A stretch of DNA of 64,000 nt from Anaerolineales bacterium (GCA_044224715.1 JBGAJV010000017.1:14415-78414); one strand, 5' to 3'. Numbered from the stretch's first letter, positions 55,132-63,999 are shown. Notes: generated by a model not told the origin, from the sequence alone. Made by a program: numbers and translations.

Positions 55132-55926
55132 TCAATCGCCGAGCCAGTCTTTCAACTCCGTCAACGCCAGCCGCGACGTGAGGTCGATGCTGAGCGGTGT
55201 CACCGAAACGACCTTGTCGGCGACGGCGCGGATATCGGAGTCGGCGCCGGCAGCCGGGTCGACGAACTGGCGCCAGCGGATGCGGCCGGGGTGCTGCAGA
55301 TCGGTGCCGGTGCGGTACGGCGTGTAGAAGGGCTTGCGCGACTGCCGCGTCACGCGCCAGGGCGTCTGCGGCGTGGCGTTATCGGGCACCTCGATCTTGA
55401 GGATGTCGACGTCGAAGGGCAGGGCGCGGCCGAGCACGCGTTCGGCGAAGTACCGCGTCCACGCGGCGGCTTCGGTGAAGTCGATGTGATCGGCGTTCGA
55501 GAAGAAATGCGCCTCGTCGACCTCCATCGAGACGGCCAGCGCCGGCAGACCGATGGCCGCGGCGTCGAGTGCGGCGCCGACCGTGCCCGAAGCCGTCAGC
55601 CCCGAGCCGACGTTGTCGCCGTAGTTAATGCCCGACATCACCAGATCCGGACGGCGCGGCAGCAATTCAAGCACGGCGTGATGAATGCACTGGCCCGGGC
55701 TGGCGTCGACGGCGTAGGCCGTCAGACGCGCGCCGTCGACCTCGCGCGAAACGTCGGCCACACGGCCTGTGACGTTGGTCGGATGGGCTCGGCCGATGCT
55801 TGTGTATTGCTTGTCGGGGGCCACGATCACGACCTCGCCGAGCGCGCGTAGCGCGGCGGCCGCGGTCCACAGGCCAGGCGATTCGATGCCGTCGTCGTTG
55901 GAGCAGAGGATCAGGGGTTGGCTCAT
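55132..55926 (-). CDS. surE: 5'/3'-nucleotidase SurE
   Basis: 264 aa with MSQPLILCSNDDGIESPGL and SGINYGDNVG. Confidence 0.93.
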   Translation of the reverse strand: MSQPLILCSNDDGIESPGLWTAAAALRALGEVVIVAPDKQYTSIGRAHPTNVTGRVADVSREVDGARLTAYAVDASPGQCIHHAVLELLPRRPDLVMSGINYGDNVGSGLTASGTVGAALDAAAIGLPALAVSMEVDEAHFFSNADHIDFTEAAAWTRYFAERVLGRALPFDVDILKIEVPDNATPQTPWRVTRQSRKPFYTPYRTGTDLQHPGRIRWRQFVDPAAGADSDIRAVADKVVSVTPLSIDLTSRLALTELKDWLGD

Positions 55927-56019
55927 ACGCCCGATTGTAACGGCTCGCCGGCTTCGGGGTCGAAGTCACCCAGAGCGTCGTCGGACATCCCCCGACGGGG
56001 ATCGCAGACCAGATCCCGA

Positions 56020-56052
56020 AACAACAACGGGCGCCCATATGGGCGCCCGTTG
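56020..56052 (-). terminator. Intrinsic terminator after lexA
   Basis: Perfect palindrome AACGGGCGCCCA-ta-TGGGCGCCCGTT followed on the minus strand by GTTGTTGTTTCGG. Confidence 0.8.
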
Positions 56053-56076
56053 CATTGGGATCGGGAGCGTTCGCGC

Positions 56077-56748
56077 TCAGTTGGCCATCTGGCGCATGAC
56101 CATGACGACCTTGCCCTGCACCTGCACCTGGGCCGGGTTGTCGATCATGATCGGCCCCATGGTCGGGTTCGCCGGCTGCAGCCGGATCTTGCCGTTTTCG
56201 CGGAAGAAGTACTTGAGCGTGGTCTCGTTGCGGTCGGTGAGCCAAACCGCGACCATGTCGCCGTTCCGGGCCTGATCGGCGCGCTTCATGACGACGATGT
56301 CGCCGTCGGCGACCATGGCGTCGATCATCGAGTCGCCTTTGACGCGCAGGGCGAACAGATCGCCGCTGTCGTTGACGAGGTTGCGGGTCAGCTCGATGTA
56401 CTCGTCCGACGAGGTCTGGGCCGCGTCGCCGACCATCACGGGCTCGCTGGCGAAGATGAAGCCCGCCACCGGCACCTGCACGGCCGGCACGCCATGGCGG
56501 CGGCTGGTGAGCCCGGCCGCGCGCTCGCCCGCCTCCGTCAAGCGCACACCGCGCGATACTTTGAGGTCGCGCAGGATATAGCCTTCGCGTTCGAGTTTGG
56601 TCAGGTTGTAGTTCACGACCGACGTCGAGGAAATGCCAGCGGCCTCGCCGATCTCGCGGATGGTCGGGGGGTAATCCCGGTTTTCGGCGAAGTTGCCGAT
56701 GAAGCGCAGGATCTCAACCTGCCGCGTCGAAAGCTTGCCTTTAGCCAT
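56077..56748 (-). CDS. lexA: LexA repressor
   Basis: Start trimmed to MAKGKLSTRQVEILRFI with GGGAGA upstream. wHTH region; cleavage/Ser-Lys dyad contexts VAGFI, VKGDSMIDA and MVAVWLTDRNETTLKYF. Confidence 0.95.
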   Translation of the reverse strand: MAKGKLSTRQVEILRFIGNFAENRDYPPTIREIGEAAGISSTSVVNYNLTKLEREGYILRDLKVSRGVRLTEAGERAAGLTSRRHGVPAVQVPVAGFIFASEPVMVGDAAQTSSDEYIELTRNLVNDSGDLFALRVKGDSMIDAMVADGDIVVMKRADQARNGDMVAVWLTDRNETTLKYFFRENGKIRLQPANPTMGPIMIDNPAQVQVQGKVVMVMRQMAN

Positions 56749-56818
56749 GCGCATCTCCCGTGTGGCTGGGAAATCGATCACCCGCCACCAATGGCACAAA
56801 TGAGCGAATCTGGCCTGT

Positions 56819-56847
56819 ATTTTAGATCATGTGTTCGGTGAAGTCAA
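56819..56847 (-). promoter_or_regulatory. lexA promoter TTGACT-17 nt-TAAAAT with the LexA box GAACACATGATC (56825-56836) occupying the spacer
   Basis: Minus strand reads cTTGACTtcaccGAACACATGATCTAAAATacagg. The box directly abuts the -10. Confidence 0.7.
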
Positions 56848-57111
56848 GCAGGCAGAAATCCGCTGGAATTCCGGCCCTTTGGGAGCCGATTGGGCCCCGG
56901 GTAGAACGTCCGTTTGGCGCGGCGCGCAGCCGAAGGCATGGTGGCGAAGTCGAACACGGATCAGGGCGGAGCATTCAGGCGGCCACCGCGACAGTCCACT
57001 GAAAGTTCGTGTGGCGATGTTTTCAGACACTCGAGGGCGATGACGGCATGTACAATGCCTCGCGCGGTGACGACTGCGCGATCACGCCAACGACACGACC
57101 CCAACAACGCC

Positions 57112-57900
57112 ATGTCCTCGATCTCCGACCAGACCTTCCTACATCTGAGTGATCTTCATCTCGCCAACACGCTCGACGGCATCTCGTACGAGGTCTCGGC
57201 CGTGGGGCAACTGCGCCGCGTGCTGGCGGCCGCCCGAGCCGCCGACGCGACGCCGACCTGCGTCATCGTCAGCGGAGATCTGTCGGATCGTGGAGAGCCA
57301 GATAGCTACGCGGTACTGCGCGACGTCATGCCCGAGCTCGAGGCCTTCAACGTCCCGGTGTTGATCGGTCTTGGCAACCACGACCGCCGGGTGCCGTTCC
57401 GCCAGGTTTATCTGGGTGAGACCGAGGCCGATGAACAGGCGCCGTACTATTACAAACGCGTCATCGGCGACCTGCACGTGTTCATGCTCGACAGCAAGGT
57501 GCCGGGCAAGGTCGCGGGCGAGTTGGGGCAGGCGCAACGCGATTGGCTGGCCGACGAGCTCACGCGCACGCCGCCTGGCCAGGCGCTGATCGTGTTGCAT
57601 CATTCGGTGAACCTGTGGGGAATCCGCAACGTCGATGAAGACGAACTGGCCGACGCGCGCGAGCTGGCCGAGATCCTGACGCCGCACGCCGTGCTGGGCG
57701 TGCTCGGCGGCCATCTGCACTTCAGCGTGGTCGCGGCCTATGCGGGCTCGGTGTCGATCACGGCGCCGGGCGTCGTCAACCAGTGGGACCCGACCTGCGC
57801 GACCATGCGCGTGAACCCCTGGCCCGGCTTCAATCTGTGCACGGTGCGCGGCGGGCGGCTGCTCGTCAACCCCGTCGTGCTTGGCCCGGCTCAAGGTTAG
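57112..57900 (+). CDS. Calcineurin-like metallophosphoesterase (CpdA-type)
   Basis: Start trimmed to MSSISDQTFLHLSDLHL (DxH). Also SGDLSDRG, GNHD and VLHHS motifs. 262 aa. Confidence 0.88.
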   Translation: MSSISDQTFLHLSDLHLANTLDGISYEVSAVGQLRRVLAAARAADATPTCVIVSGDLSDRGEPDSYAVLRDVMPELEAFNVPVLIGLGNHDRRVPFRQVYLGETEADEQAPYYYKRVIGDLHVFMLDSKVPGKVAGELGQAQRDWLADELTRTPPGQALIVLHHSVNLWGIRNVDEDELADARELAEILTPHAVLGVLGGHLHFSVVAAYAGSVSITAPGVVNQWDPTCATMRVNPWPGFNLCTVRGGRLLVNPVVLGPAQG

Positions 57901-57988
57901 AAAATCGCCTTCTATTCAATAAAGTCGTTTTTTGAATGACCGGTAATTGCCGAGGATTTTGAATGGACCTGACAGGTCGAAGGTTAGA
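57895..57988 (+). promoter_or_regulatory. Conserved 94-nt element, copy B (GGTTAGA...87 nt...GGTTAGA with palindrome GACCTGACAGGTC at 57966-57978)
   Basis: Same length and conserved ends as 21534-21627, with an AT-rich interior. Function unknown. Confidence 0.7.
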
Positions 57989-58610
57989 ATCCGCCCCGGC
58001 GCCCAACCTCCGGCGGTTGCGCGCCGACGACGCGGAGACGATCGCGGCGGCTTTCGCGGCGCAGGGTTGGGCCAAGCCGGCCGAGCAGTACCGGCGCTAC
58101 GCCGCCGAGCAGACCGCGGGCGCGCGCATCACGCTCGTCGCCGAAGTCGACGGTGTCTTCGCCGGCTACGTCAACGTGTTGTGGGTGTCGCCCTATGCCA
58201 GTTTTCGCGCGGCCGGCATCCCTGAAATCGCCGACTTCAATGTGCTCGAGCGTTTCCAGCGCCGCGGGATCGGCACCGCGCTGATGGATGCCGCCGAGGC
58301 CCTGATCGCCGAGCGCTCACCGGTCGCCGGCATCGGCGTGGGCCTGACGGCCGATTACGGGGCCGCTCAGATCCTGTACATCAAACGCGGCTATGTGCCC
58401 GACGGGCGTGGCCTCGTCTACCGCGACCAGCCCGCGCCGCATGGCACATCCGTCACGGTCGACGACGACCTCGTGCTCTACCTGACCCGCGTCGTAGGGC
58501 CAGGCGCTACAGAGCGCCCCACAACTTCTGCACCGCGGCGAGCGCGGCGTCGGCCGAGCCGGCCGGGAACAACTCGAAGCCCACATACCCGCGATACCCG
58601 CCGCGCTTGA
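57963..58610 (+). CDS. GNAT-family N-acetyltransferase (start uncertain; the 3' tail overlaps the convergent gene)
   Basis: Acetyl-CoA motif FQRRGIGTALMDAA. ATG 57963 lies inside the conserved element; TTG 58017 is an in-frame alternative. The last ~35 codons are Arg/Pro-rich and overlap 58507-58610. Confidence 0.75.
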   Translation: MDLTGRRLESAPAPNLRRLRADDAETIAAAFAAQGWAKPAEQYRRYAAEQTAGARITLVAEVDGVFAGYVNVLWVSPYASFRAAGIPEIADFNVLERFQRRGIGTALMDAAEALIAERSPVAGIGVGLTADYGAAQILYIKRGYVPDGRGLVYRDQPAPHGTSVTVDDDLVLYLTRVVGPGATERPTTSAPRRARRRPSRPGTTRSPHTRDTRRA

Positions 58611-59295
58611 TGCGCCGCAACACAGGCAACCAGTCGACCGTGCCGGTGCCGGGCTCGTGGCGGCCCGGCACATCGGCCAGGTGGATGTGGCCGATCACCG
58701 GCAGGTATTCGGCCACGAGCGGCACGAGGTCGTCGCCCATCACGCGCTGGTGGTACAGATCGCACAGCACCTTCAACCGCGGATCGCCGACCTCGCGCAC
58801 GAGACGCGCGGCGGTGCGCATGTCGCTCAGCCAGTAGCCGGGATGATCCAGCCGCGTGTTGAGCGGTTCGAGGTTGAAGACGATGTCCGCCGGCGTCTCC
58901 TCGAGCAGTTCCTTGAGGACGATCACGGCGTTGGCGTACTTCGCCTCGTCGGGGATGTCGGCGTGCGCATTGGCGGCGGCGCCGCCCGGACCGAGCACGT
59001 TGGTCAGCAGCAGGAGCGCGCGACAATCGACGCGCTCGGCCAGCGCCACGGCTTCGGCCACGCTCGCCCGGAACGCGACATGCTCCGTCGCGTCGATCGG
59101 GTCGCCGACCTCATGACCCGTGAAGCTGACGATGCGGACGCCGTACCGGTCGCAGGCCTCGGCCAGCGCGTCGAGGTCGCGCCCGCGCGCGGACCAGAAC
59201 TCGACGGCGTCGAAGCCGGCCGCCGCGACACGGGCGATCTGATCGGCCGGCGCCAGGCCGGGCAGGAGCGCATCGATGTTGATGGACGCTTTCAT
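58507..59295 (-). CDS. Hydroxypyruvate isomerase-like sugar phosphate isomerase/epimerase (TIM barrel)
   Basis: Start trimmed to MKASINIDALLPGL with GGAGA upstream. ...AAGFDAVEFW..., NLEPLN and IGHIHLADVPGRHEPGTG. 262 aa. Confidence 0.88.
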   Translation of the reverse strand: MKASINIDALLPGLAPADQIARVAAAGFDAVEFWSARGRDLDALAEACDRYGVRIVSFTGHEVGDPIDATEHVAFRASVAEAVALAERVDCRALLLLTNVLGPGGAAANAHADIPDEAKYANAVIVLKELLEETPADIVFNLEPLNTRLDHPGYWLSDMRTAARLVREVGDPRLKVLCDLYHQRVMGDDLVPLVAEYLPVIGHIHLADVPGRHEPGTGTVDWLPVLRRIKRGGYRGYVGFELFPAGSADAALAAVQKLWGAL

Positions 59296-59315
59296 GACAT
59301 CTCCAGACAATCGGC

Positions 59316-59825
59316 TCAGGCGGCGTCGGCCTCGTCGAGCGCCAACTCCGCCAGGGGTTGATTGAGATACGCGGCCAGGACCGCGACGACCAGGCCGTGG
59401 TCTTGCCGCTGCGGCAGGCCCGAGACCGTGATCGTCCCGATACAGCCCGTGCCGCGCAGCCTGATCGGAAAACAACCGCCGTGCGCGGCGTAGTCGCGCT
59501 CGTCGACGCCGATCCGCTCGCGCAGGGTGACGTTCTTCTGGCGCAGCTCCAGCCCGATCGCGTACGAGCAGCGATGATAACGCAAGACCACGTTCTTCTT
59601 GCGTCGAATCCAGTCGAGGTTGTCGGGCGTCGTGCCGCGCATGGCGAAGGCGAAGAGCGTCTGGCCTCCGGCCAGCGCGATGTCGATGGCCACCGGTCGC
59701 CCCAGCGCCTCGGCCGCCGCCTTCAGCCGGCCGCCGATCTCCCAGGCGGTGTCGGCGTCGAACCGATCGAACTGGAGCCGTTCCTCCTGCTGCGCGATCC
59801 GGACGAGGTCGATGGTCGGGGTCAT
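59316..59825 (-). CDS. UPF0303 / heme-degrading-domain (GlcG-like) protein
   Basis: Start trimmed to MTPTIDLVRIAQQEERLQFDRFD. ...GGCFPIRLRGTGCIGTITVSGLPQRQDH... 169 aa. Confidence 0.75.
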   Translation of the reverse strand: MTPTIDLVRIAQQEERLQFDRFDADTAWEIGGRLKAAAEALGRPVAIDIALAGGQTLFAFAMRGTTPDNLDWIRRKKNVVLRYHRCSYAIGLELRQKNVTLRERIGVDERDYAAHGGCFPIRLRGTGCIGTITVSGLPQRQDHGLVVAVLAAYLNQPLAELALDEADAA

Positions 59826-59906
59826 GTGGGCTCCATGGGCGCGGAACGATGGGTGAGGGACATCGGACAAACGACACAGGCCTCGCGCCCGCCGCGGCAC
59901 CTGCCG

Positions 59907-62900
59907 TCACTTCTCCACGCCGACCGGGAACCACAGCCGGACGTAGGTGCCGCCGGCCATGCGCCGGCCGATGGCCAACCGGCCGTTGAGTTGTTCCGCG
60001 TCGTCGAGCATGTCGGCCAGGCCGAAGTGCCCGTTGCGGATCAGCGTGAGCGCGTCGGTCTCGCCCTCCTTGAGCGGAATGCCGACGCCGTCGTCCTCGA
60101 CGACCAGCACGAGATGCAGGCCTTCGCGCCGCAGCGTCAGCCAGATGTTCTTCGCCTGGGCGTGCTTGCGCGCGTTGCTCAAGGCGTTGTCGACGATGTT
60201 GTGCACGGGCCACTTGGCCTCGACCGGCAGATCGAACTCGCGCGAGAGTTGGATGTCGCTGTGGTATTGCGTCTCGGGCGCCTCGGTCGCGGCGCGGCGC
60301 AGCGCCTGCTCCATCAGCAGCGCCAGCGGCGCGTTGAGCGACGCGGGACGGATGGCGGTGACGACCTGGCGGATCGCGTCATCGACCTTGATGACTTCCT
60401 GTTCCTGACGCGCGAGCATGTCGCGCAGCGAGGCGTCCTCGCTCCGTTGCGCGGCGATGGCCAGATAGCCGGGCAACGGCGCCAGCGATTGCAGCACCTC
60501 GGCATGCAATCGCCGGGCGATGCGGGTGCGTTCCTCGCGCTGCGTCTGCTCGCGCTCGCGATACGGCCGCAGCGCCGCCCAGCGCAAGGCGATGACCTGC
60601 AGCGGCGCCGCCAGGGCTTCGGCCACTTCGGCGGCGCGTTTCAGATCGGCGTTCTCGTACGGCCGGCTCCGTCGTGGCAATAGGAGACAGCCCAGCGGCG
60701 GCTGATCCTCGACGCGGATCGGCTGCGCGACGGCGATCCACGGCGCCGCCAACCAGCCGTCACGACCGCGCTCATCCGACGCGACAAGACAATCCTCGGG
60801 CGGGGCGGCCGGCAGGGTGCCCTCGTCCAGCGTCAACGTCTCAGTCTCCAGCGCGCGGCGCAGCATCCAGCCCGGTCGGCCGGGCTGCTCGTGCGCCAGG
60901 ATCAGCCCAGGCACGCCCAGGGCATCGCACAACTCGACAAGCGCCTGATCGATCGCTTCGAGCGTCGGGCGTCGGAGCAGGGCGCGCTCCAGCGCGCTGG
61001 CTCGTCCCGCGGCGAGCGGCGTCGTCCAATCGCGCAGACCGATCACCACAAGGATCATGCCGGCGACCGCGAGCGCGATGTCGATCGCCCACGGCGCGCC
61101 CCAGCCGCGCAGCGCCAGGCTGGCCAGCACGTACAGGGTCGCGACGGCGCTGATCCATAACACCGGAGCCAGACGACGCTCGAGGCGCACCATGCGCGTC
61201 GCCGGGTTCCAAAACACGAACCCGAACGTCACGGGCGTCAACATCGCAAAGAGGACGGCGGCCGACACCCAGCCAGGCGCGGCGCTCAAGAGCTCGGGCA
61301 CGACGTACGCCAGAAGAATGGCCCCGAGGATCGCGGGCGTCAGGGGCAGCGCGGCGCCGCCGGTCAACAGACCCAATTGCGTGCGCTGCGCCGAGCGATG
61401 TGTCGCAAGAAAGCGCAACGTGATGGCCAGGACGAAGACCACGCCGCCGATGATCACCATCAGCGCCGTCAACCAGAGCGACAGGGTGTGGATCGATGCG
61501 GGACCGAACAGCGCCAGAAGATTGGCGCCCGCCACGACCAGCCCAAGCCCGCCGACCACGCGGATCACGCCGCTGACATACAGCGGCACCTGCGCGCCCG
61601 TCGTCGGCAGCCAGCCGAGCCGTGGCAGACGCCCGGCCCCGATGGGGAGCGTCGCCACGGCCACCCAGTACACCGACGGCCCGGCGACCAGGGCCGCCAG
61701 ACCCACGCCGATCAGGGCGAACGTGAGCGCGGCGTCGCTGGCGCCCGGTCGCGCCTTCGGGTGGCCCACCCAGAGCAACGCGCTCACCAGGACGTACACC
61801 ACGGCGCAAACGCTCAACGCCACGGTGTAGAGCTCACCCGCGCGCACGGCCAGGCCCGTGGCGATCATCACAACGGCCGCGCCGGCGACGGCGATCGCGG
61901 CCGCGGTTCGACCGATGGGGTGTGCGAACACCCGCGGCGGAGCCATCAGGATCTCATCGACCAGCAGGCCGGTCGAGACCGCGCCCGCCGGCTGGCGAAT
62001 GTAGTTCGCCCAGGCCAGAACGCCGATCGCGGACAGGGCCACGCCGCCGAACAACCAGTAGGCGGCGATCGGCGCAGCCGGCCCTGACCCGACCAACGGG
62101 GTGAGCCAGGGCGCCAGGACGCCGCCCGGGGCCAGCGCCGGCGTCAGCATCCGCTCGATGACGATCCCGGCGGTCGCGATGCCGATCACGCTGACCGAGA
62201 AACTCACCAGATCGGCCGCGCCCAATTGCAGCTGGCGCAGCGGCGCGGGCAACGCCCTGCGTTCCACAGCAAACAAGGGCAGGATCGACGCCATCGAGAC
62301 GATGAACAGGAAGCTATAGGCGACCGCCCAGAACGCGACCGGCGCGACCAGGCTGACGCCGACCAGGCTGACCAGACCGGCGACGATGAACCCGCCGAAG
62401 AAGACGACAGGTCGCTCGAGTTGCTTCTTGAAGCTGTTGTGGACCCGCGATCCGACCAGGAGCCCGACCAGGGCGCCGCTCTGAATCCACAGGAACACGT
62501 CTGGCCGCCCATCGCCGCGCAGCAGCGACAACGGGAAGAGCAGGCTCGACAGCACGCCCAGGAAGAAGTTCGCCCCCATGGCCGCCAGCTGGATGTTGGC
62601 CAGCCGCGGGCGTTGGAAGATGACGGTCAACCCGGTATTGACGTCGTTCAAGACCTGGCCGAGGGTGGCGCCGGTGCCTTCGGCCTTCTGCGCCTGCACG
62701 GCCTTGGGGTGAGCAGCCAGCTCCGCCAGCGCCAGCATCGCGCCGACGATGCCAAGGACCAGAACACCCGGCCGCCCGAACAGGATCAGCACCACGCCGG
62801 CCGCGATTTCGGGCACCAGCCCTTCGACACCGTCGCCGATCAACGTGTCGACCGTGTTCTCGATGGGCGGCGAGAATCGTTTGCGGGTGTTCCGCAACGC

Positions 62901-63272
62901 GCGATAGATGATGACCGTCGGCACCAGCAGCACCGGGGCGATGCCGCCCACGATCCAGGGGTTGATCAGACCGGTGGCGTGCAACGTCATCAAGACGGCG
63001 TCGACGAGGAAGATCGCCACGGCGCAGGTCAGCACCAGCCCTGGCCCGGGGAACCGCGTCGAGATCGCGTAGATCATCGGCGCCGTGAGCGCGAAGACCG
63101 CATAGGCCAGGGCGAAACTGAAGGTGAAGGGGAGCAGGCTGCCGCCGAAGACGTACTGGCTGAGCACGAGGCCGAAGACGCCCGCGCGCAGGAGCACCTC
63201 GACGCTGCCGGTGACGACGAGCCGGCGCAGCCCGCTCCAGAATTGCGCGGGCGATACGGTCGCGTCGGTCAT
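59907..63272 (-). CDS. Giant sensor histidine kinase: MFS-transporter-like polytopic N-terminal region + additional TM bundle + GAF-like domain + HisKA_3 + HATPase_c
   Basis: 1121 aa with H-box RIARRLHAEVLQSL, N-box DNALSNARKHA and G-box EDDGVGIP. The first ~700 aa are almost continuously hydrophobic, with an MFS-style central loop ...LGQVLNDVNTGLTVIFQRPRLANIQLAAMGANFFLGV... Confidence 0.85.
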   Translation of the reverse strand: MTDATVSPAQFWSGLRRLVVTGSVEVLLRAGVFGLVLSQYVFGGSLLPFTFSFALAYAVFALTAPMIYAISTRFPGPGLVLTCAVAIFLVDAVLMTLHATGLINPWIVGGIAPVLLVPTVIIYRALRNTRKRFSPPIENTVDTLIGDGVEGLVPEIAAGVVLILFGRPGVLVLGIVGAMLALAELAAHPKAVQAQKAEGTGATLGQVLNDVNTGLTVIFQRPRLANIQLAAMGANFFLGVLSSLLFPLSLLRGDGRPDVFLWIQSGALVGLLVGSRVHNSFKKQLERPVVFFGGFIVAGLVSLVGVSLVAPVAFWAVAYSFLFIVSMASILPLFAVERRALPAPLRQLQLGAADLVSFSVSVIGIATAGIVIERMLTPALAPGGVLAPWLTPLVGSGPAAPIAAYWLFGGVALSAIGVLAWANYIRQPAGAVSTGLLVDEILMAPPRVFAHPIGRTAAAIAVAGAAVVMIATGLAVRAGELYTVALSVCAVVYVLVSALLWVGHPKARPGASDAALTFALIGVGLAALVAGPSVYWVAVATLPIGAGRLPRLGWLPTTGAQVPLYVSGVIRVVGGLGLVVAGANLLALFGPASIHTLSLWLTALMVIIGGVVFVLAITLRFLATHRSAQRTQLGLLTGGAALPLTPAILGAILLAYVVPELLSAAPGWVSAAVLFAMLTPVTFGFVFWNPATRMVRLERRLAPVLWISAVATLYVLASLALRGWGAPWAIDIALAVAGMILVVIGLRDWTTPLAAGRASALERALLRRPTLEAIDQALVELCDALGVPGLILAHEQPGRPGWMLRRALETETLTLDEGTLPAAPPEDCLVASDERGRDGWLAAPWIAVAQPIRVEDQPPLGCLLLPRRSRPYENADLKRAAEVAEALAAPLQVIALRWAALRPYREREQTQREERTRIARRLHAEVLQSLAPLPGYLAIAAQRSEDASLRDMLARQEQEVIKVDDAIRQVVTAIRPASLNAPLALLMEQALRRAATEAPETQYHSDIQLSREFDLPVEAKWPVHNIVDNALSNARKHAQAKNIWLTLRREGLHLVLVVEDDGVGIPLKEGETDALTLIRNGHFGLADMLDDAEQLNGRLAIGRRMAGGTYVRLWFPVGVEK

Positions 63273-63276
63273 CGGC

Positions 63277-63999
63277 TCAGACCTGGCTCGCGGCGCTCAA
63301 CGGCCCGGTGCCGCGCAGTCGGATGATGCCCTGCTGCATGAGGATCACAAGGGCGGCGCCGCGCGTCGGGGCGTCGAGCTTCTTCATCACCGCGCTGAGC
63401 TGGTTCTTGACCGTCTGCTCGGACTTGTAGAGCTTGGTCGCCAGGTCGCGCGGCGTCGCGCGCACGTCTTTGCTGAGGGCCAGCATCAGATCGAGCTCGG
63501 CCGGGCTCAGATCGAGCATCGCCCGACGCGGGCCGGCGCCAAGCGAGTCGCTCACCTTGTTCGAGAAGACCAGCTGGCCCGACATCGCCTCGAGGATGCG
63601 GGCGGGCAGGTCGCGCGTGCGCTGATCGGATTTGAGCAGGTAGCCGCAAACCGTGTCCGACGCGAACCCCAGATCGAGCACGTCGTAGTGAAACTCGGTC
63701 GAGAGCAGCAACACGCGCGTTTGCCACTCTTTGAGCGACAGCGTGAGCTTGCGCAGTTCCTCGAGCGTCGGAAAGGGGTCTTCGACCGCGTACCCGCCGC
63801 GGCGGGTGGGGATCATCACGTCTAGCAGCAGCACGTCGGGACGCGCTTCGAACATCCCGGCCAGGTCCTCGCCGGCCCAGCCCTCGGCGATCAGGGCGAT
63901 GTCGGTTCGACCCTGGAGCTGGAAGCGAACGTAGTCGTGCAGCGGGTAATCGTCGTCCAGAATCGCGACCGTCACCGCTTTGGGCTGCTGGGCGTCCAT
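63277..63999 (-). CDS. LuxR-family response regulator (REC with enlarged alpha3 region + HTH)
   Basis: 240 aa with VAILDDD, LLLDVMIP, LLLST and YLLKSD. C-terminal LSPAELDLMLALSKDVRATPRDLATKLYKSEQTVKNQLSAVMKKL. Stop lies 4 nt before the kinase start. Confidence 0.88.
   Translation of the reverse strand: MDAQQPKAVTVAILDDDYPLHDYVRFQLQGRTDIALIAEGWAGEDLAGMFEARPDVLLLDVMIPTRRGGYAVEDPFPTLEELRKLTLSLKEWQTRVLLLSTEFHYDVLDLGFASDTVCGYLLKSDQRTRDLPARILEAMSGQLVFSNKVSDSLGAGPRRAMLDLSPAELDLMLALSKDVRATPRDLATKLYKSEQTVKNQLSAVMKKLDAPTRGAALVILMQQGIIRLRGTGPLSAASQV

Noticed and set aside
56904-56915. Additional Cheo-like 12-mer GAACGTCCGTTT, and the CGAACACGGATC string at about 56950, in the lexA/phosphoesterase intergenic region
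   Set aside because: They are not adjacent to a recognisable -10. The second has the wrong half-site spacing. GAAC/GTTC tetramers are frequent enough that these may be chance.
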